Source: an uncultured bacterium (GTDB lineage: Bacteria > Acidobacteriota > Thermoanaerobaculia > Multivoradales > JAHZIX01). Taken from it: 64,000 nt of DNA. This document shows, in pieces, positions 49,788 through 59,055 of this stretch. The translations under genes were made by a program, and so were the position numbers. Within the stretch, counting starts at the first letter, position 1. Each line of letters starts with the position of its first letter. The notes beneath the pieces were generated by a model. The model was not told the origin of the DNA. It was given only the letters and a program-made list of their open reading frames with translations, and searched no databases. The stretch spans positions 192,001-256,000 of the forward strand of contig CBDUPA010000003.1 in NCBI GenBank assembly GCA_965368975.1, read 5' to 3'.

Positions 49788-51131
49788 ATGAGCAATCTTC
49801 TGATCGTAGGTATGCAGTGGGGTGATGAGGGCAAGGGCAAGATCGTGGATCTCTTGTGCCCGGCCTTCGACGCCGCTGTTCGCTATCAGGGTGGACACAA
49901 CGCCGGTCATACGGTGAAGTTCGCGGATCGACACTTTTCGCTCCACCTGATCCCCTCGGGCATCGTCCACGGCGGCAAGCAAGCGGTGCTCGGCAACGGC
50001 ATGGTGATTGCGCCCGAAGCTTTCCTGAAGGAGCTCGACGGCCTGCGCCAGCAGGGGATCGACGTCGAGGGACGCCTGTTCGTCTCGGACCGTGCTCACG
50101 CCGTGCTGCCGTACGCCGTCGATCTCGACCAGGCGCGCGAAGCGGCGCGCGGTGACGACAAGATTGGCACCACGGCGCGCGGTATCGGCCCGGCCTACGA
50201 AAGCAAGACATCGCGTTTCGGTTTCCGGCTCGGCGACCTCGGCACAGCTGCGATGGAAGCTCGGCTGGGGGCCCAGCTGGCGCGCGTCCAGGCCGAGCTA
50301 CAGTCGTTGGGTGCCGCCCCTGCACTGTCGCAAGCCGAGCTCGTGGAACGCTGCGGACGGTGGGCTGAAGAGCTGGCGCCGTACGTCTGCGATACGGTTC
50401 AACTGCTGCACGGCTGGCTGCGCGAGGGGCGTTCGTTGCTGCTGGAAGGTGCCCAGGGCACGCTGCTCGACATCGACCACGGAACCTATCCCTTCGTCAC
50501 GAGCTCCAACTCGACCGCTGGCGGTGCTTGCACCGGTACCGGTCTGCCGCCGCGCGCGATCGACGGCGCGCTCGGCGTGCTCAAGGCCTACACGACACGC
50601 GTTGGCGAGGGGCCGTTCGTCACCCAGGCGGAGGCCGAAGCGGCCGAGCGTCTGCGGGCTCGCGGCAACGAATTCGGCACCACGACCGGGCGCCCGCGCC
50701 GCTGTGGCTGGCTCGACCTGCCGGCGGTGCGCTACGCCTGCCAGGTCAACGGGTTGGATGCCATTGCCCTGACCAAGCTCGACGTGCTCGACGACCTGGC
50801 CGAGATTCCGGTCTGCGTGGGCTACCGTTTGCCTGACGGCCGCCGCGTCGACGACTATACGCGCGCCGTCGAGAGCACGGCGGGCGGTACGGTAGAACCG
50901 ATCTATGAGACGCTGCCCGGCTGGCAGCAGGACACCGTCGGCGTGCTCGACTTCGACGCGCTACCGCAAAGGGCCCGGGAGTACGTCCGCTTCGTCGAGG
51001 AGCAGGCCGGAGCGCCGGTTGCGTTGATTTCGAGTGGGCCTCGGCGGGAGGAAACGGTGGTGCGCGAGTTGCCGATCGTCGAGCAGATGTTGGGGGATGG
51101 GGTGGAGGTGGTGCGGAGGCAGTTGCGGTAG
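49788..51131 (+). CDS. purA: Adenylosuccinate synthetase
   Basis: GMQWGDEGKGK, GGHNAGHT, EGAQG, GTYPFVTSS, EFGTTTGRPRRCGW. Confidence 0.97.
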   Translation: MSNLLIVGMQWGDEGKGKIVDLLCPAFDAAVRYQGGHNAGHTVKFADRHFSLHLIPSGIVHGGKQAVLGNGMVIAPEAFLKELDGLRQQGIDVEGRLFVSDRAHAVLPYAVDLDQAREAARGDDKIGTTARGIGPAYESKTSRFGFRLGDLGTAAMEARLGAQLARVQAELQSLGAAPALSQAELVERCGRWAEELAPYVCDTVQLLHGWLREGRSLLLEGAQGTLLDIDHGTYPFVTSSNSTAGGACTGTGLPPRAIDGALGVLKAYTTRVGEGPFVTQAEAEAAERLRARGNEFGTTTGRPRRCGWLDLPAVRYACQVNGLDAIALTKLDVLDDLAEIPVCVGYRLPDGRRVDDYTRAVESTAGGTVEPIYETLPGWQQDTVGVLDFDALPQRAREYVRFVEEQAGAPVALISSGPRREETVVRELPIVEQMLGDGVEVVRRQLR

Positions 51132-51182
51132 GGGGAGAAAGGCTAGTTCAGCGCTTAAGCACACCTGTCCGAGGAGTAGAGA

Positions 51183-51551
51183 ATGGCTATCATGTCGGCG
51201 GCTGAACGTGCGGCGCAGATCTGGGCGGTTCTCGGACTTGCTGCACGGAATCGGCAGATCCTTACCTACAAGATGGTCGGTCGTCTGATAGGTGTACCGG
51301 CACATGGCCTAGGACAGCTTCTTGAGCCGATTCAATCGTTCTGTCTGCTCAACCAACTTCCGCCGCTCACAATTTTGGTAGTCTTAGAAAAGACAGGGTT
51401 GCCGAGTACCGGATTTAGTGGAGCGCCCGCTGATGAGTTGGCGAGGCAACAGCTCGATGTATTCGCTTTCGATTGGATTGAGCATGGAGCTCCGACGCCC
51501 GATGAACTGGCGCAGGCGGCGGATGAGATGAAGCATCGACAGAACTCTTGA
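51183..51551 (+). CDS. Hypothetical protein (possible winged-helix: LTY....LIG..LPPLT.LVV....G.P..GF)
   Basis: GAGGAG RBS; 122-aa ORF at the start of the AT-richer islet. Confidence 0.65.
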   Translation: MAIMSAAERAAQIWAVLGLAARNRQILTYKMVGRLIGVPAHGLGQLLEPIQSFCLLNQLPPLTILVVLEKTGLPSTGFSGAPADELARQQLDVFAFDWIEHGAPTPDELAQAADEMKHRQNS

Positions 51552-51760
51552 GTATTAGGAGCACTGGAGAGAGTATGAATTTTCAGCTAGATGGCAAGGA
51601 CTTGGAGCTTATTCTAGAGTCTCTGAGATACACGAAGGAGAGGTTCTCGACCTACGATGGCTACCCATCCGAGGACTTCAGGAAGGAAAGGATTGAGCAG
51701 GTTGAACGCACGCTAGCAAAGCTGCGTTCTGCCAAGTCTACGACTGAGGGTGCAGCATAG
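51548..51760 (+). CDS. Small hypothetical protein (start possibly the internal ATG giving MNFQL)
   Basis: GGAGAG upstream of the internal ATG; protein-like charged helical composition. Confidence 0.5.
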   Translation: MSIRSTGESMNFQLDGKDLELILESLRYTKERFSTYDGYPSEDFRKERIEQVERTLAKLRSAKSTTEGAA

Positions 51761-51826
51761 AGCTTCTGAGCTAGCTGCCGAGAGTGGCGGAGGAGAGGAG
51801 CTAGTTCTTTCCCTTAAGGAGTTATC

Positions 51827-52573
51827 TTGCAAAAGACTGTGAAGCACGATTATCAAGCCTGGCTTCTTCCCGAGAACGTACTAGGCGCCATTCAGACACT
51901 AGCGTTAATCTTTGCTGGGATGTGGGGTATTTTTATTTTCGTGAAGTTCGAAGAGGCGGAAAGATCTCTTCAGGCGGAGTTACTGAAAAGTCAAAATTCT
52001 CAGGCAGAACTCTCTCAGCAGATCGCGTCGTTGGAACTCCTGCAGCAGGAGAATCAGGTGCGCACAATGCAAAGTGCACGGCATGCCATAGATCAGAGTA
52101 TCGAGATTCAAACCATTGAGAGTGAAGAAGAGCGGAATACCTATCTTGTGACATATGAGTATGCAGTCTACAATACGGGGGACTCAGCCATTGAAGTTAC
52201 CTATATAGTTGTTTATGCATACATCTTTGATAACTTCTTTTTGGCGCCTATGCGGGCGATGGAGGTGCCTAGATTTGGTACTGAACTAGGGTCTGGATGG
52301 GAGCCGATTCTCGATAAGGGGTATTACTATGGTCCTCACTGGAAAGAAGGAATGACCTTTGTCTCGAAGCAGGGAGGAAGAGCAGAATTTCTGAAGGGTG
52401 GCGGAGGTACCTCAGAACTTGACCCTTCAGAACGGTCTGTGGGTGATGTTCAGCTGCTGATTAGGGCTGAGCCTGGTAGTATCATCGGATTCGAAGCAGT
52501 GATCGGTATCAATGGAGGGAAGGACCCCGTTGACCGATTGCATTTGAGAGATAAGGCGCTCCTCTTGGAGTGA
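51827..52573 (+). CDS. Hypothetical protein: TM helix, coiled coil and beta-rich C-domain
   Basis: TAAGGAG RBS before TTG; 248 aa; codon usage richer in A/T than the flanking genes. Confidence 0.7.
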   Translation: MQKTVKHDYQAWLLPENVLGAIQTLALIFAGMWGIFIFVKFEEAERSLQAELLKSQNSQAELSQQIASLELLQQENQVRTMQSARHAIDQSIEIQTIESEEERNTYLVTYEYAVYNTGDSAIEVTYIVVYAYIFDNFFLAPMRAMEVPRFGTELGSGWEPILDKGYYYGPHWKEGMTFVSKQGGRAEFLKGGGGTSELDPSERSVGDVQLLIRAEPGSIIGFEAVIGINGGKDPVDRLHLRDKALLLE

Positions 52574-52629
52574 GGAGATCACTGCCATTTTGAAGGGAGA
52601 ATGTGTTGTTAAAACCACCTTGGCGACCA

Positions 52630-52899
52630 GTGAAGCTGACTCTTGGGCTTGTCTTCGTGGGATTGTGTGCGGGTTGCGGAGGGAGCACACTAGAACAGGG
52701 AACGAGTTCAGGTGAAGCAGTTGAAGTGACATCAGAGTCAATTGAAGAAGCAGCGGAAGACACTGCAGATGAGGCAGTGGGCGCTGCAGATGAGGTAGAG
52801 GACGCTGCAGATGAGGCAGAGGACGCTGCAGATGAGGCAGAGGACGCCTCTACGGATGCAGAGGAAGGCACTGGAGGACCCGATCCAATAGGTAGCTGA
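52630..52899 (+). CDS. Small putative lipoprotein with acidic heptad repeats
   Basis: (M)KLTLGLVFVGLCAGC lipobox-like signal followed by EDAADEA repeats. Confidence 0.55.
   Translation: MKLTLGLVFVGLCAGCGGSTLEQGTSSGEAVEVTSESIEEAAEDTADEAVGAADEVEDAADEAEDAADEAEDASTDAEEGTGGPDPIGS
52756..52860. repeat. About five tandem 21-bp repeats (gaggacgctgcagatgaggca)
   Basis: EDTADEA/VGAADEV/EDAADEA/EDAADEA/EDASTDA. Confidence 0.85.
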
Positions 52900-52999
52900 T
52901 GCGGACGTGCACTGACTCGAGGTTGAGCTTCAGGCTTGTGCCATTGGAATTGCTGTTCGTTCTTCGCCGAGTTGCGTGACCTGTGCATACTGAAGTCAT

Positions 53000-54508
53000 T
53001 TAGGCCGGTTCGAAGCAGGCGTGGAATCCTAGCCGCACCGGCTTCGGTAGCGGCAAGCGTGCTACTGGCCCGGCCGCGACGTCGAAGGCGTCGAACAGCA
53101 GGAAAGCACCCGTACCTGTCTCGGCGGCGAATTCTTGGATCAAGATCAGGCCTTCGTCCGTCTTCTCGGGATGCGGCAGGAACGTCGGTTCACCGCCCAG
53201 GTAGCACTTGGGCGGAGCTTGCCAGAAGCCAGCGGCGCCGCCGCTCGACTTGAGCTTGGGCGTGTCCTTCCAGCTCAGGTGCACGAGACGATCAAAGAAC
53301 TTCCGTCCCGGCTTCGCTGTGTGCGACAGGGCGAGGACCCAGAAGTCGTCATAGGGTTGTTCCAGACGCCGTGGATCGATGTGCGGGAAGTCGCACATCA
53401 GGTCGTGGCCCAGTTCTCGACGCTCGACCAGCTCACCGGCTCTGGGATCGAGTACGAAGCGCACCGGCCGTGCATGGCGGACGTCTTCGAACAGGTGATC
53501 GGGGACGCCGTACTGGTCGTAGACGGGGCGTTCGAGTTCGATCACGTCGACCACCAGGTAGGTCTTCTCTCCATCGCGACGCTCGAAGCTGTTGACCAGG
53601 TGCAGGCAGTAGCGGTCGCCCAGTTCGACCTCGCAAAGGGCGCTACCGTCGTCGCGGCGGGCGATCAGTAGCTTGCTGCCGAGCGGTTGGGTTTGACCTT
53701 CGAGCGTGGGCCGCCAAGTCAGGGCATCCATCAGCGTCGCCTGGCTGCCCATCAGCGCGTCCATGTCGAGCACGTAGGGACTCAGATAGATCACCAGGTG
53801 GTGCGGCGCCAGGGCGAAGTCGTGCACCGAGCGCGGAGCATCGAGAGGCAAGCGCTGACGGTAGATCGACGCGCCCTGGGCATCGAAACGGTAGACATGC
53901 ACGCACGGTCGGCGAGCGGCGAAAGAAACGCCGAAGTTGAACAGCTCGCCGCTCTGGCCGTCGATCTTCGGGTGCGCCGAGAAGGGGCTGATGGCGTTCA
54001 GGCGGCCGTCGAAGGTGAAGACCTCTTTGGTCTCGAGGGTCTCTGGATCCAGTTCCCAGGGTAGGCCTTGTTCGCCAAAGGCCAGCAGCGTGCCGGCTGC
54101 CGGGTAGATGCTGACGTTGAGCGGGGACTCGAGACCGATCCCGTGCTTGAGCTGGTCGTCCTCGAAGGCGGTGCCGAAGGTGCGGTACAGCGCGTGTCCG
54201 GCGGCGTCTTCGTCGCGCACCTTGGTGCCGTGGACGAAGCGGTGGGTGAAGCGGACACGATCCTGCGTTCCGTTGCCGGTACCGGCGCTGCCGCCAAAAC
54301 GCAAACGGCTGACCTGGCCGTCACCATCCAGCCAATGTCCATAGCGCTGGGTGCCACGGCGAAACCGCGCAGGGCCGTTGAGGTAGTAGTTCCCGCGCAG
54401 CCAGGACGGAATGTCTCCTTCGATCTCGGTCAACTCCAGGTCGCCTTCCCACAATTCGAGGTCGAAGGCGCGTTCGAGCAGGGGAGCGTGGTCGGCGTTG
54501 GGCATCAT
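53000..54508 (-). CDS. Carotenoid oxygenase / lignostilbene dioxygenase / RPE65-family non-heme iron enzyme
   Basis: EGDIP..LRG.YY.NGP, HWLDGDG, E.G.P...DP.TLET; four Fe-ligand His in FSAHPK, SVHDF, CLHLVNSFE and GFHACF; DFP and EP.F. Confidence 0.93.
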   Translation of the reverse strand: MMPNADHAPLLERAFDLELWEGDLELTEIEGDIPSWLRGNYYLNGPARFRRGTQRYGHWLDGDGQVSRLRFGGSAGTGNGTQDRVRFTHRFVHGTKVRDEDAAGHALYRTFGTAFEDDQLKHGIGLESPLNVSIYPAAGTLLAFGEQGLPWELDPETLETKEVFTFDGRLNAISPFSAHPKIDGQSGELFNFGVSFAARRPCVHVYRFDAQGASIYRQRLPLDAPRSVHDFALAPHHLVIYLSPYVLDMDALMGSQATLMDALTWRPTLEGQTQPLGSKLLIARRDDGSALCEVELGDRYCLHLVNSFERRDGEKTYLVVDVIELERPVYDQYGVPDHLFEDVRHARPVRFVLDPRAGELVERRELGHDLMCDFPHIDPRRLEQPYDDFWVLALSHTAKPGRKFFDRLVHLSWKDTPKLKSSGGAAGFWQAPPKCYLGGEPTFLPHPEKTDEGLILIQEFAAETGTGAFLLFDAFDVAAGPVARLPLPKPVRLGFHACFEPA

Positions 54509-54516
54509 CGTTCTCC

Positions 54517-56382
54517 TCAGGTGGAGCGGAAGCGGTCGAGGACGGTCGGGTCGAGTTGCCAGGCATGAGCCCGGCCATCGGCGTGGTCGACAGCCAGAGC
54601 CGCCCAGGTCTCGGGCATGAAGTCCAGCGCGTCGAGATCGAGGGATGCGACGAAGCCGGCGTCGCTGCGCAGCTCGGGTCGTTCGAGCACCACCGAGGCC
54701 ACGTGGGCGGCGAGAAAGCGGGCGAACTCTTCGAGGCTGGTGAGCTGGGCATCGAGCACCCGGCGGGCCTCATCCGCGTCGACGCCGACCTCATAGAAGG
54801 TCGTTTCGGCGCGGCGCAGCGGTGCCAGGTCCATGAAATCGAAAAAACACGGCTCCCCGCGACCGGCGCCCGGGTGTGCGCGCTCGCTCTTCCATTGGAA
54901 GAAGCCGCTGAGCAGGCGCTGGACGCCGTGGTTGGTCGGGCCCAGGCGGGCGAAGCGGCGCAGCCAGCCGAGCGCGAAGCGGCGGTCGGTGAGCAGGTCG
55001 TTGATGAAGGGGAAGACGTAGTAGGCGAAGTAGACGGTCAGCTCCCAGGTGTACTTGAGGCTGAAGGCTTCCTGGTCGCCGAGGGCGTCATAGCTGACGG
55101 TGTACGTCGGTTCGTAGGCGGCGTAGACGCCGCGCATCAACTGCTCCGAGAGCGAGCACTTGTCAGCCAGGCGCTGGCGGCCGGCTTGGTCCGTCGTGTC
55201 GGTCTCAATGGCATCGACGATCAACGTGTTGTAGACGGAGATCAGGTCACTGCCGGGACTATAGAGCGGGTCGCTGAAGCGCCCGGCCTCACCCGCCAGC
55301 GCCCAGCGTCGCGGGTGGAGGGTCTGCTCGCAGTCGTAGGAGAAGTCCTTGTAGCCACCGAAATCGACCACGTTCCGCCGCGGTAGATCGTGGGCGAAAC
55401 AGGGGAAGCGCTCGCACACCCAGGCGGTTGCCTTGTCGACGGTGAAGACGTCGCGGTAGTCGACCACCGCCTTGTCGAAGACCAGGCCGAGGCTGGTCTT
55501 GCCCTGCAGCGGGATGACCCAGAACCACAGCCCCTCGTCCATGAAGTGGTTGGTCGCTAGCCACGCAGGAAGGTGGCCTTGGTGGCGTCGCTGAGGTTTC
55601 TTGCGGATCTCGTCGCTGCTGGCGTCGGTGAGGCGATCGACGTCGACCAGACCGTCGACCCACCAGAAGAAGGCGGCGTGGTCGATCGAATTGTCTCGCG
55701 TCAGCTTTTCCTGCTTGGCCAGCAGCTTCCGGCGGCCGGTGGTGTCGACCACCCAGCCGGCGGCGACCTCGTACTCCGGTGCGTCCGTCTCGGGCCCACC
55801 TGAGTAGGTCTTCTGCGGGTCGCCGAGACGGAAACGCAGCTCATGGTCCTGGTCGGGGTCAGCCGGCGAGGAGCCGCGGTCGAGGTCGACCTGCAACTGC
55901 TGTACGCCCAGGCGAGCCGTGAAGCGTGGATTCTGCAGATTCCGCCGGAGCAGTTCGGCCTCGAAGGTATTGCGATCGAGCTGGTAGCTGGCGATGTTGG
56001 AGAACGGCCGAATGTAGGACTGGCTGTATTCCTCGAAGCGCTGGTTGCCGGCGCCGGGTGTCTTCCAGTAGAAGCGGAGGTTGTACTTCATGAAGTGGTG
56101 CAGGAAGAGATACTCTTCCAGCTCCAGGACGCGCGAGAAGTAGTAACCGGCGAGTTGCACGCTCGACTCTCCGACTTTCTGCCGCTTTTGCGGCAGCAGG
56201 TCTCGACGCTCCAACAACAGTACGCTCTTGTTGGTCTTGAGTAGCAGGTGGCGCGCGAGGCTGAGGCCGGCCAGGCCGCCACCGAGGATCACGACGTCGT
56301 AGCGCGCCGCAAGTGCCGTGCCGTCGGCGCTCGCGTTCACCTGCTCGGCAGTGAAATCCACGACGGGTTGAGGGGAGTTCAT
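54517..56382 (-). CDS. Flavin-dependent halogenase-like enzyme
   Basis: GGGLAG FAD motif, KVGES, candidate catalytic Lys in HFMKYNLRF, YQLDR..FE, WFWVIP (WxWxIP), GEAGRFSDPLYSPG; ATG 56382 overlaps the upstream stop. Confidence 0.85.
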   Translation of the reverse strand: MNSPQPVVDFTAEQVNASADGTALAARYDVVILGGGLAGLSLARHLLLKTNKSVLLLERRDLLPQKRQKVGESSVQLAGYYFSRVLELEEYLFLHHFMKYNLRFYWKTPGAGNQRFEEYSQSYIRPFSNIASYQLDRNTFEAELLRRNLQNPRFTARLGVQQLQVDLDRGSSPADPDQDHELRFRLGDPQKTYSGGPETDAPEYEVAAGWVVDTTGRRKLLAKQEKLTRDNSIDHAAFFWWVDGLVDVDRLTDASSDEIRKKPQRRHQGHLPAWLATNHFMDEGLWFWVIPLQGKTSLGLVFDKAVVDYRDVFTVDKATAWVCERFPCFAHDLPRRNVVDFGGYKDFSYDCEQTLHPRRWALAGEAGRFSDPLYSPGSDLISVYNTLIVDAIETDTTDQAGRQRLADKCSLSEQLMRGVYAAYEPTYTVSYDALGDQEAFSLKYTWELTVYFAYYVFPFINDLLTDRRFALGWLRRFARLGPTNHGVQRLLSGFFQWKSERAHPGAGRGEPCFFDFMDLAPLRRAETTFYEVGVDADEARRVLDAQLTSLEEFARFLAAHVASVVLERPELRSDAGFVASLDLDALDFMPETWAALAVDHADGRAHAWQLDPTVLDRFRST

Positions 56383-57659
56383 GATGGACCTCGAGTTGCG
56401 GACGACGTCTCCGGCGAAGCCTGGCTCTCTGCAGCAGACAGCTCTTCCGCCGCGGATAGTGGCCGGTTGCGGCCGTAGGTCTCGTGCGCGTCGACGAGTT
56501 CCGAGCTGGCGATGGCACCACCCATGGACAGCTCCCCCGCCAGCGCCATGGCGACCGCGATTTCGGCGAATTTGCGTGCCTTGCCACTGCCGACGCAGTC
56601 GAGCATGCGCAGGCACTCTTGGCTGGTACCGAGCGCGGTGCCGCCGCCGACCGTGGCGATGGTGAGCGCGGGGAGGGTGACGCTGGCGTAGAGGTCACCG
56701 TCGTCGGTCAGCTCGAACACCGTGATGCCGACCGCCGCGTTGGCGATGTTGGCGACGTCCTGTCCTGTGGCGAGAAACAGCGCCGTCAGACCGTTGGCCA
56801 AGTGTCCGTTGTAGCCCAGGGCAGCCGTCTGCAAGTGCCCGATCACCGTGTGCTGCCACATGCGCACCAAGGCCTCGGGGCTTGCGTGCAGAAGGCTACG
56901 GCAGATATCCGCCGGGATGCGAGCCCCGGCGACGGCGCGCTTTCCCTTGCCTCCGGCGAACAGAGAGCCGGCAGCACGTTTCTCGGCGCTGTAGCCACTG
57001 AAGATGTAGAACTCGGGTGCGTCCAGATGGTCGCGCAGCCAGGCGCACACCGCCTCGGTGGCTTTCACCGCCATGTTCATGCCCTGCGCATCGCCGGTAG
57101 AGAACACCAGGTTGAGAATCAGCTTGCGGCCCACGGGCTGCAGCTCGATGCGTAGCAGGGCACCGTGCTGGGTGGTGGTGGCGGCGGCGGCGCGCAGTTG
57201 CTCGAGGTGCGGTGGTAAGCGCTGGGCGAAGGCGTGAGCCCGCATGGCGGTGTCGAACAGGAAGACGGGAGAGACGCGATTCTCGTCGCTGTAGAGGCGC
57301 GCTTCGGCACCGCCAGCCCGTGTCAAGGCGACCATGCCGCGCTCGTAGGAGCGCACCAGGGTACCTTCGCTGGTCGCCATGGGGACGTAGAAGACACCGT
57401 CGGCATGCTCGCCGCGCACGTGCAACGGACCGGCGACGCCGAGTGGCGTTTGTACCGAGCCGATCGGGTTCTCGATGTTGCCGCGCAGGCTCTCGCCCGC
57501 CAGCGAGCAGCGCCCGACGTGCTCCAGGCTGGCGCCTGTCTGCGCCTCGACCCACTGGCGTCGACGCTCGATGTCGGCGTCGCTGTAGCCCTGCTTGCGC
57601 AGGCGTGGGACCAACCGCGGTGCGCGCTGAGTGGGCTCTTCTCTCGTGTCGCTCGTCAT
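56379..57659 (-). CDS. HMG-CoA reductase (class I)-like thioester reductase
   Basis: NIENPIG, PLGVAGPL, PMATSEGTLV, TGDAQGMNM, ATGQD.AN, TVGGGT, AGELS and C-terminal His (DAH). Confidence 0.9.
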   Translation of the reverse strand: MTSDTREEPTQRAPRLVPRLRKQGYSDADIERRRQWVEAQTGASLEHVGRCSLAGESLRGNIENPIGSVQTPLGVAGPLHVRGEHADGVFYVPMATSEGTLVRSYERGMVALTRAGGAEARLYSDENRVSPVFLFDTAMRAHAFAQRLPPHLEQLRAAAATTTQHGALLRIELQPVGRKLILNLVFSTGDAQGMNMAVKATEAVCAWLRDHLDAPEFYIFSGYSAEKRAAGSLFAGGKGKRAVAGARIPADICRSLLHASPEALVRMWQHTVIGHLQTAALGYNGHLANGLTALFLATGQDVANIANAAVGITVFELTDDGDLYASVTLPALTIATVGGGTALGTSQECLRMLDCVGSGKARKFAEIAVAMALAGELSMGGAIASSELVDAHETYGRNRPLSAAEELSAAESQASPETSSATRGPS

Positions 57660-59044
57660 GATGCCTCGTCCTCACGCTGCAGAATCAGCGCACATGCGTT
57701 GCCGTCTAGGCCGAGAGCCGTGACCAAGCCTCGGCGCACGGACGTGGAGCCGGCCGGACGCTGCCGCAGGGGTTGGCAGGTCGCCTGGACCGGCAGTGGG
57801 AAGGCGTCGGGAAGCTGCTCGAGTCCATGAACGCCCGGTAGCTCTCCCTGCGCCAACGCGGTGATCAGCGCTACCGTTTGCAGGGCTGGACCGGCGCCCA
57901 AGGCTTCGCCGAGCATCGACTTGACGGCGGTCACCGGCGGTAGGGACGTGCAGGAGCGGAAGGCGAGGGCCAGCCCGGCGGCTTCGTGCTGATCGCCTGC
58001 CGGACTGCCGTTGGCCGAGCAGCTGACAGCGTCGATGTCGTCGATCTGCACTTGTGCGTCGTCGAGGGCGATGGCGATAGCACGAGCGACGGCGTCGGCG
58101 GCCGACTCGGCGTCCCGCCCGCGCGACGGATCGAAGGCGTTCCCGTGACCGACCAGTTCAGCGTGGATCTGGGCGTCGCGCTCGCGTGCCGCGGCCAGAG
58201 GTTCGAGCATCAGCAGCGCCGCTCCTTCGCCGAGTGCGAAGCCGTCCCGGCCGGTGTCGAAGGGTACCGGTCGCTGCGTCTGCGTTGCTGCTCTCTCGGC
58301 GCCTGGACCGTTCGAGGCTGATCCGCTGAGATCCGGCCCACCCGTCATGCGTCCGGTGCGCAGAAAGCCGAAGAAGGAAGGCAGGCTCAACTCCTCGGCG
58401 CCGCCTGCGAGCACGGGGCCACTGCGGCCGGAGCGCACCATTTCGGTAGCGTAGGCCAAGGCTTGCAGGCCGGACGTGCTACCGGCGCACAGCGTCGAGT
58501 TGAGGCCGCGCAGGTCGTGCCAGATGGCCGCCTGGCCGGCGGCGGCGTTGATCACGGTATTGGCGAAGTCGAGGGGCTTGGCATACTGCGGCCCGAGTTC
58601 CAACGCCCGTTTGTCGAACTGCACGATCGTGCGCACGCTGCCGAACATGGTGCCGAGGACCAGGCCGACTTCGTCCTCGGCGCGGCGCTCTGGAGTCCAG
58701 CCCGCTTGCTCGAGCGCCAGGTGTGCCGCCACCGTCGTCAGGCGTCCGGTTCGGTCGAGTGGGCGGAAGTTACGCTTGCCCAGGTAGTCGAAAGGAGAGA
58801 AGCCTTCGATCGGGGCGCCCAGTCGACCTTCGATCGCTGGGCGCAGGGCCTCCGGTAGTTCGCCGTCGTCGGGCATCTCGTGCAGCGGACGCAGCGCGCT
58901 GTTGCCGCGGCACAACGCTGCGTGGAGGGTCTCGGCGGCGTCGCCCAGCGGGCTCAGCAGGCCGATTCCGGTCACCGCCACGCGTGCGGCAGTCGGGTGG
59001 TGGACGGTGCCCGTGGTGTGCCCGTGTCGTGTGCCTTTTGACAT
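57656..59044 (-). CDS. Catalytically inactive ketosynthase / chain-length-factor-like subunit
   Basis: KS fold, but the triad is lost: ACAAG becomes GSTSG, HGTGT becomes SANGS, GHTMG becomes GEALG. Confidence 0.88.
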   Translation of the reverse strand: MSKGTRHGHTTGTVHHPTAARVAVTGIGLLSPLGDAAETLHAALCRGNSALRPLHEMPDDGELPEALRPAIEGRLGAPIEGFSPFDYLGKRNFRPLDRTGRLTTVAAHLALEQAGWTPERRAEDEVGLVLGTMFGSVRTIVQFDKRALELGPQYAKPLDFANTVINAAAGQAAIWHDLRGLNSTLCAGSTSGLQALAYATEMVRSGRSGPVLAGGAEELSLPSFFGFLRTGRMTGGPDLSGSASNGPGAERAATQTQRPVPFDTGRDGFALGEGAALLMLEPLAAARERDAQIHAELVGHGNAFDPSRGRDAESAADAVARAIAIALDDAQVQIDDIDAVSCSANGSPAGDQHEAAGLALAFRSCTSLPPVTAVKSMLGEALGAGPALQTVALITALAQGELPGVHGLEQLPDAFPLPVQATCQPLRQRPAGSTSVRRGLVTALGLDGNACALILQREDEAS

Positions 59045-59055
59045 CGTGGGTCCCC

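Noticed and set aside
52756-52860. 21-bp repeats as a CRISPR array
   Set aside because: The units are directly adjacent with no unique spacers, are in frame within a CDS, and no cas genes are present.
56379-57659. Mevalonate pathway operon
   Set aside because: No HMG-CoA synthase, mevalonate kinases, decarboxylase or IDI is nearby, and the substrate-pocket residues appear altered.
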